Positions 62,828 to 64,000 of a stretch of DNA of 64,000 nt are shown here, in pieces; the first letter of the stretch is position 1, and each line of letters opens with the position of its first letter. Location: positions 3,296,001 to 3,360,000 of the forward strand of contig CBDCGL010000011.1 in NCBI GenBank assembly GCA_965216755.1, in the 5' to 3' direction. The position numbers and the translations under genes are program-made. The stretch comes from Alphaproteobacteria bacterium (GTDB lineage: Bacteria; Pseudomonadota; Alphaproteobacteria; UBA7887). The notes under the pieces were generated by a model that had not been told where the DNA came from, did not search any database, and worked only from the letters and a program-made list of their open reading frames with translations.

Positions 62828-62849
62828 CGGCCGGCCTGTTAGGAAATCC

Positions 62850-64000
62850 ATGGCAAACAAAGTAACGACGACGGTTGACGACAACGGGGAAACGCTAGAG
62901 GTCAAATATGGCCTGCCGGCGGAGGTGCGGTTTTGTAAGAAATGTGTCATCTCCAATCAACGGCCGGCGTCAGCTGTCGAGTTTGCCCACCGCCGCGATT
63001 CGAAAAAGACCACCATTCGATTTGATGCCGACGGCATTTGCGACGCCTGCCGCTATGCGGAACAGAAAGACGCCGGCATCGATTGGCAGGACCGTGAACG
63101 GGAACTGATGGCGCTGTGCGACAAATTCCGCTCGCGCAACGGGTCTTACGACTGCTTGGTCCCTGGATCGGGCGGTAAGGATTCGGTCTACGCCTCGCAT
63201 ATTCTCAAGGCCAAATATGGCATGACGCCGCTGACCGTGACATGGGCGCCGCATCTTTACACCGACGTCGGCTGGCAGAATTTCCAGAACTGGTTGCATG
63301 TCGGCGGTTTTGACAACTACCTGTTTACGCCCGACGGCCGCGTGCATCGCATATTGACTCAACTGGCGTTCCGAAATTTGCTGCATCCGTTTCAGCCGTT
63401 CATTTTTGGGCAGAAGAATTTTGCCCCCAAAATGGCCATGCGGTTTGGCTTGCCGTTGGTGTTTTACGGCGAGAACGAGGCTGAGTATGGCAATCCCATC
63501 GACGAGAATGTCAGCGCACGTCGCGATGCCGACTATTTCGCCCGCCATGAGGGCGACAACAAAGCGCTGTTTTTTGGTGGGGTCGCCATGGAAGATTTGC
63601 CCGCGCACGGTATCGCGCGCGGCCAGATCGAGCCCTATTTGCCGGCCGATATCAGCGCCATGCGCGACGCGCAAATCGAGGTCCATTACCTTGGCTACTA
63701 TCTCAAATGGACACCCCAACAGAACTACTACTATTCGGTCGAACATGCCGGCTTTCGAGCCAATGATGAACGGACGGAAGGCACCTATTCCAAATACAAC
63801 AGCATCGATGACAAGACCGATCCCTATCACTATTGGACGACGTTGGTGAAGTTCGGTATCGGTCGGGCCACTTACGACGCGTCTCAGGAAATTCGCAACC
63901 ACCACATTACGCGCGACGAAGGCGTCGCCTTGGTACGGCGTTACGATCAGGAGTTTCCGCGCAAATATTTCGCCGCGTTCTTGGATTATCTGGCGATGGA
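62850..64000 (+). CDS. N-acetyl sugar amidotransferase (WbuX/PseA-like) 2, truncated by the window end
   Basis: Not in the ORF track. Manual translation MANKVTTTVDDNGETLEVKYGLPAEVRFCKKCVISNQRP...CDAC...DCLVPGSGGKDS...KFGIGRAT; AGGA RBS. Confidence 0.9.
   Translation, partial: MANKVTTTVDDNGETLEVKYGLPAEVRFCKKCVISNQRPASAVEFAHRRDSKKTTIRFDADGICDACRYAEQKDAGIDWQDRERELMALCDKFRSRNGSYDCLVPGSGGKDSVYASHILKAKYGMTPLTVTWAPHLYTDVGWQNFQNWLHVGGFDNYLFTPDGRVHRILTQLAFRNLLHPFQPFIFGQKNFAPKMAMRFGLPLVFYGENEAEYGNPIDENVSARRDADYFARHEGDNKALFFGGVAMEDLPAHGIARGQIEPYLPADISAMRDAQIEVHYLGYYLKWTPQQNYYYSVEHAGFRANDERTEGTYSKYNSIDDKTDPYHYWTTLVKFGIGRATYDASQEIRNHHITRDEGVALVRRYDQEFPRKYFAAFLDYLAM

Overview
High-GC bacterial chromosome segment. 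Gene content and synteny (lolA-ftsK-aminotransferase-amt, UbiH/UbiL-type hydroxylase, DUF971-Trm112-LON_N-CnoX, large NAD-GDH, purH) suggest an Alphaproteobacterium, probably Rhodospirillales-like. Bases 1-27.8 kb are mostly housekeeping: polyamine catabolism, cell division, nitrogen uptake, tRNA-Gly followed by a decayed antitoxin, an ECF42-type sigma module, NAD-GDH and purH. Bases 27.9-64 kb are a large surface-glycan locus with a CapD-like dehydratase, a polyprenyl-phosphate sugar transferase, GT-C and GT2 genes, sulfate activation genes (cysD, cysNC, cysQ) and a sulfotransferase. It also holds a tightly coupled operon of at least 19 kb with two nonulosonic-acid modules, each with its own HisH/HisF/amidotransferase set. 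The most striking signal is regulatory. The locus encodes an RfaH-like NusG paralog (37172-37672). The operon leader carries a perfect enterobacterial-type ops element, GGCGGTAGCGTG (44635-44646), behind a short hairpin and two GTTCA-N5-TGAAC palindromes that may bind the operon's own winged-helix regulator. Other signals: a 36-bp perfect inverted repeat, an NtrC/sigma54-like promoter in front of an unknown small ORF where glnK usually sits, and an AT-rich mosaic gene end. All calls come from reading motifs by eye; no database searches were run.
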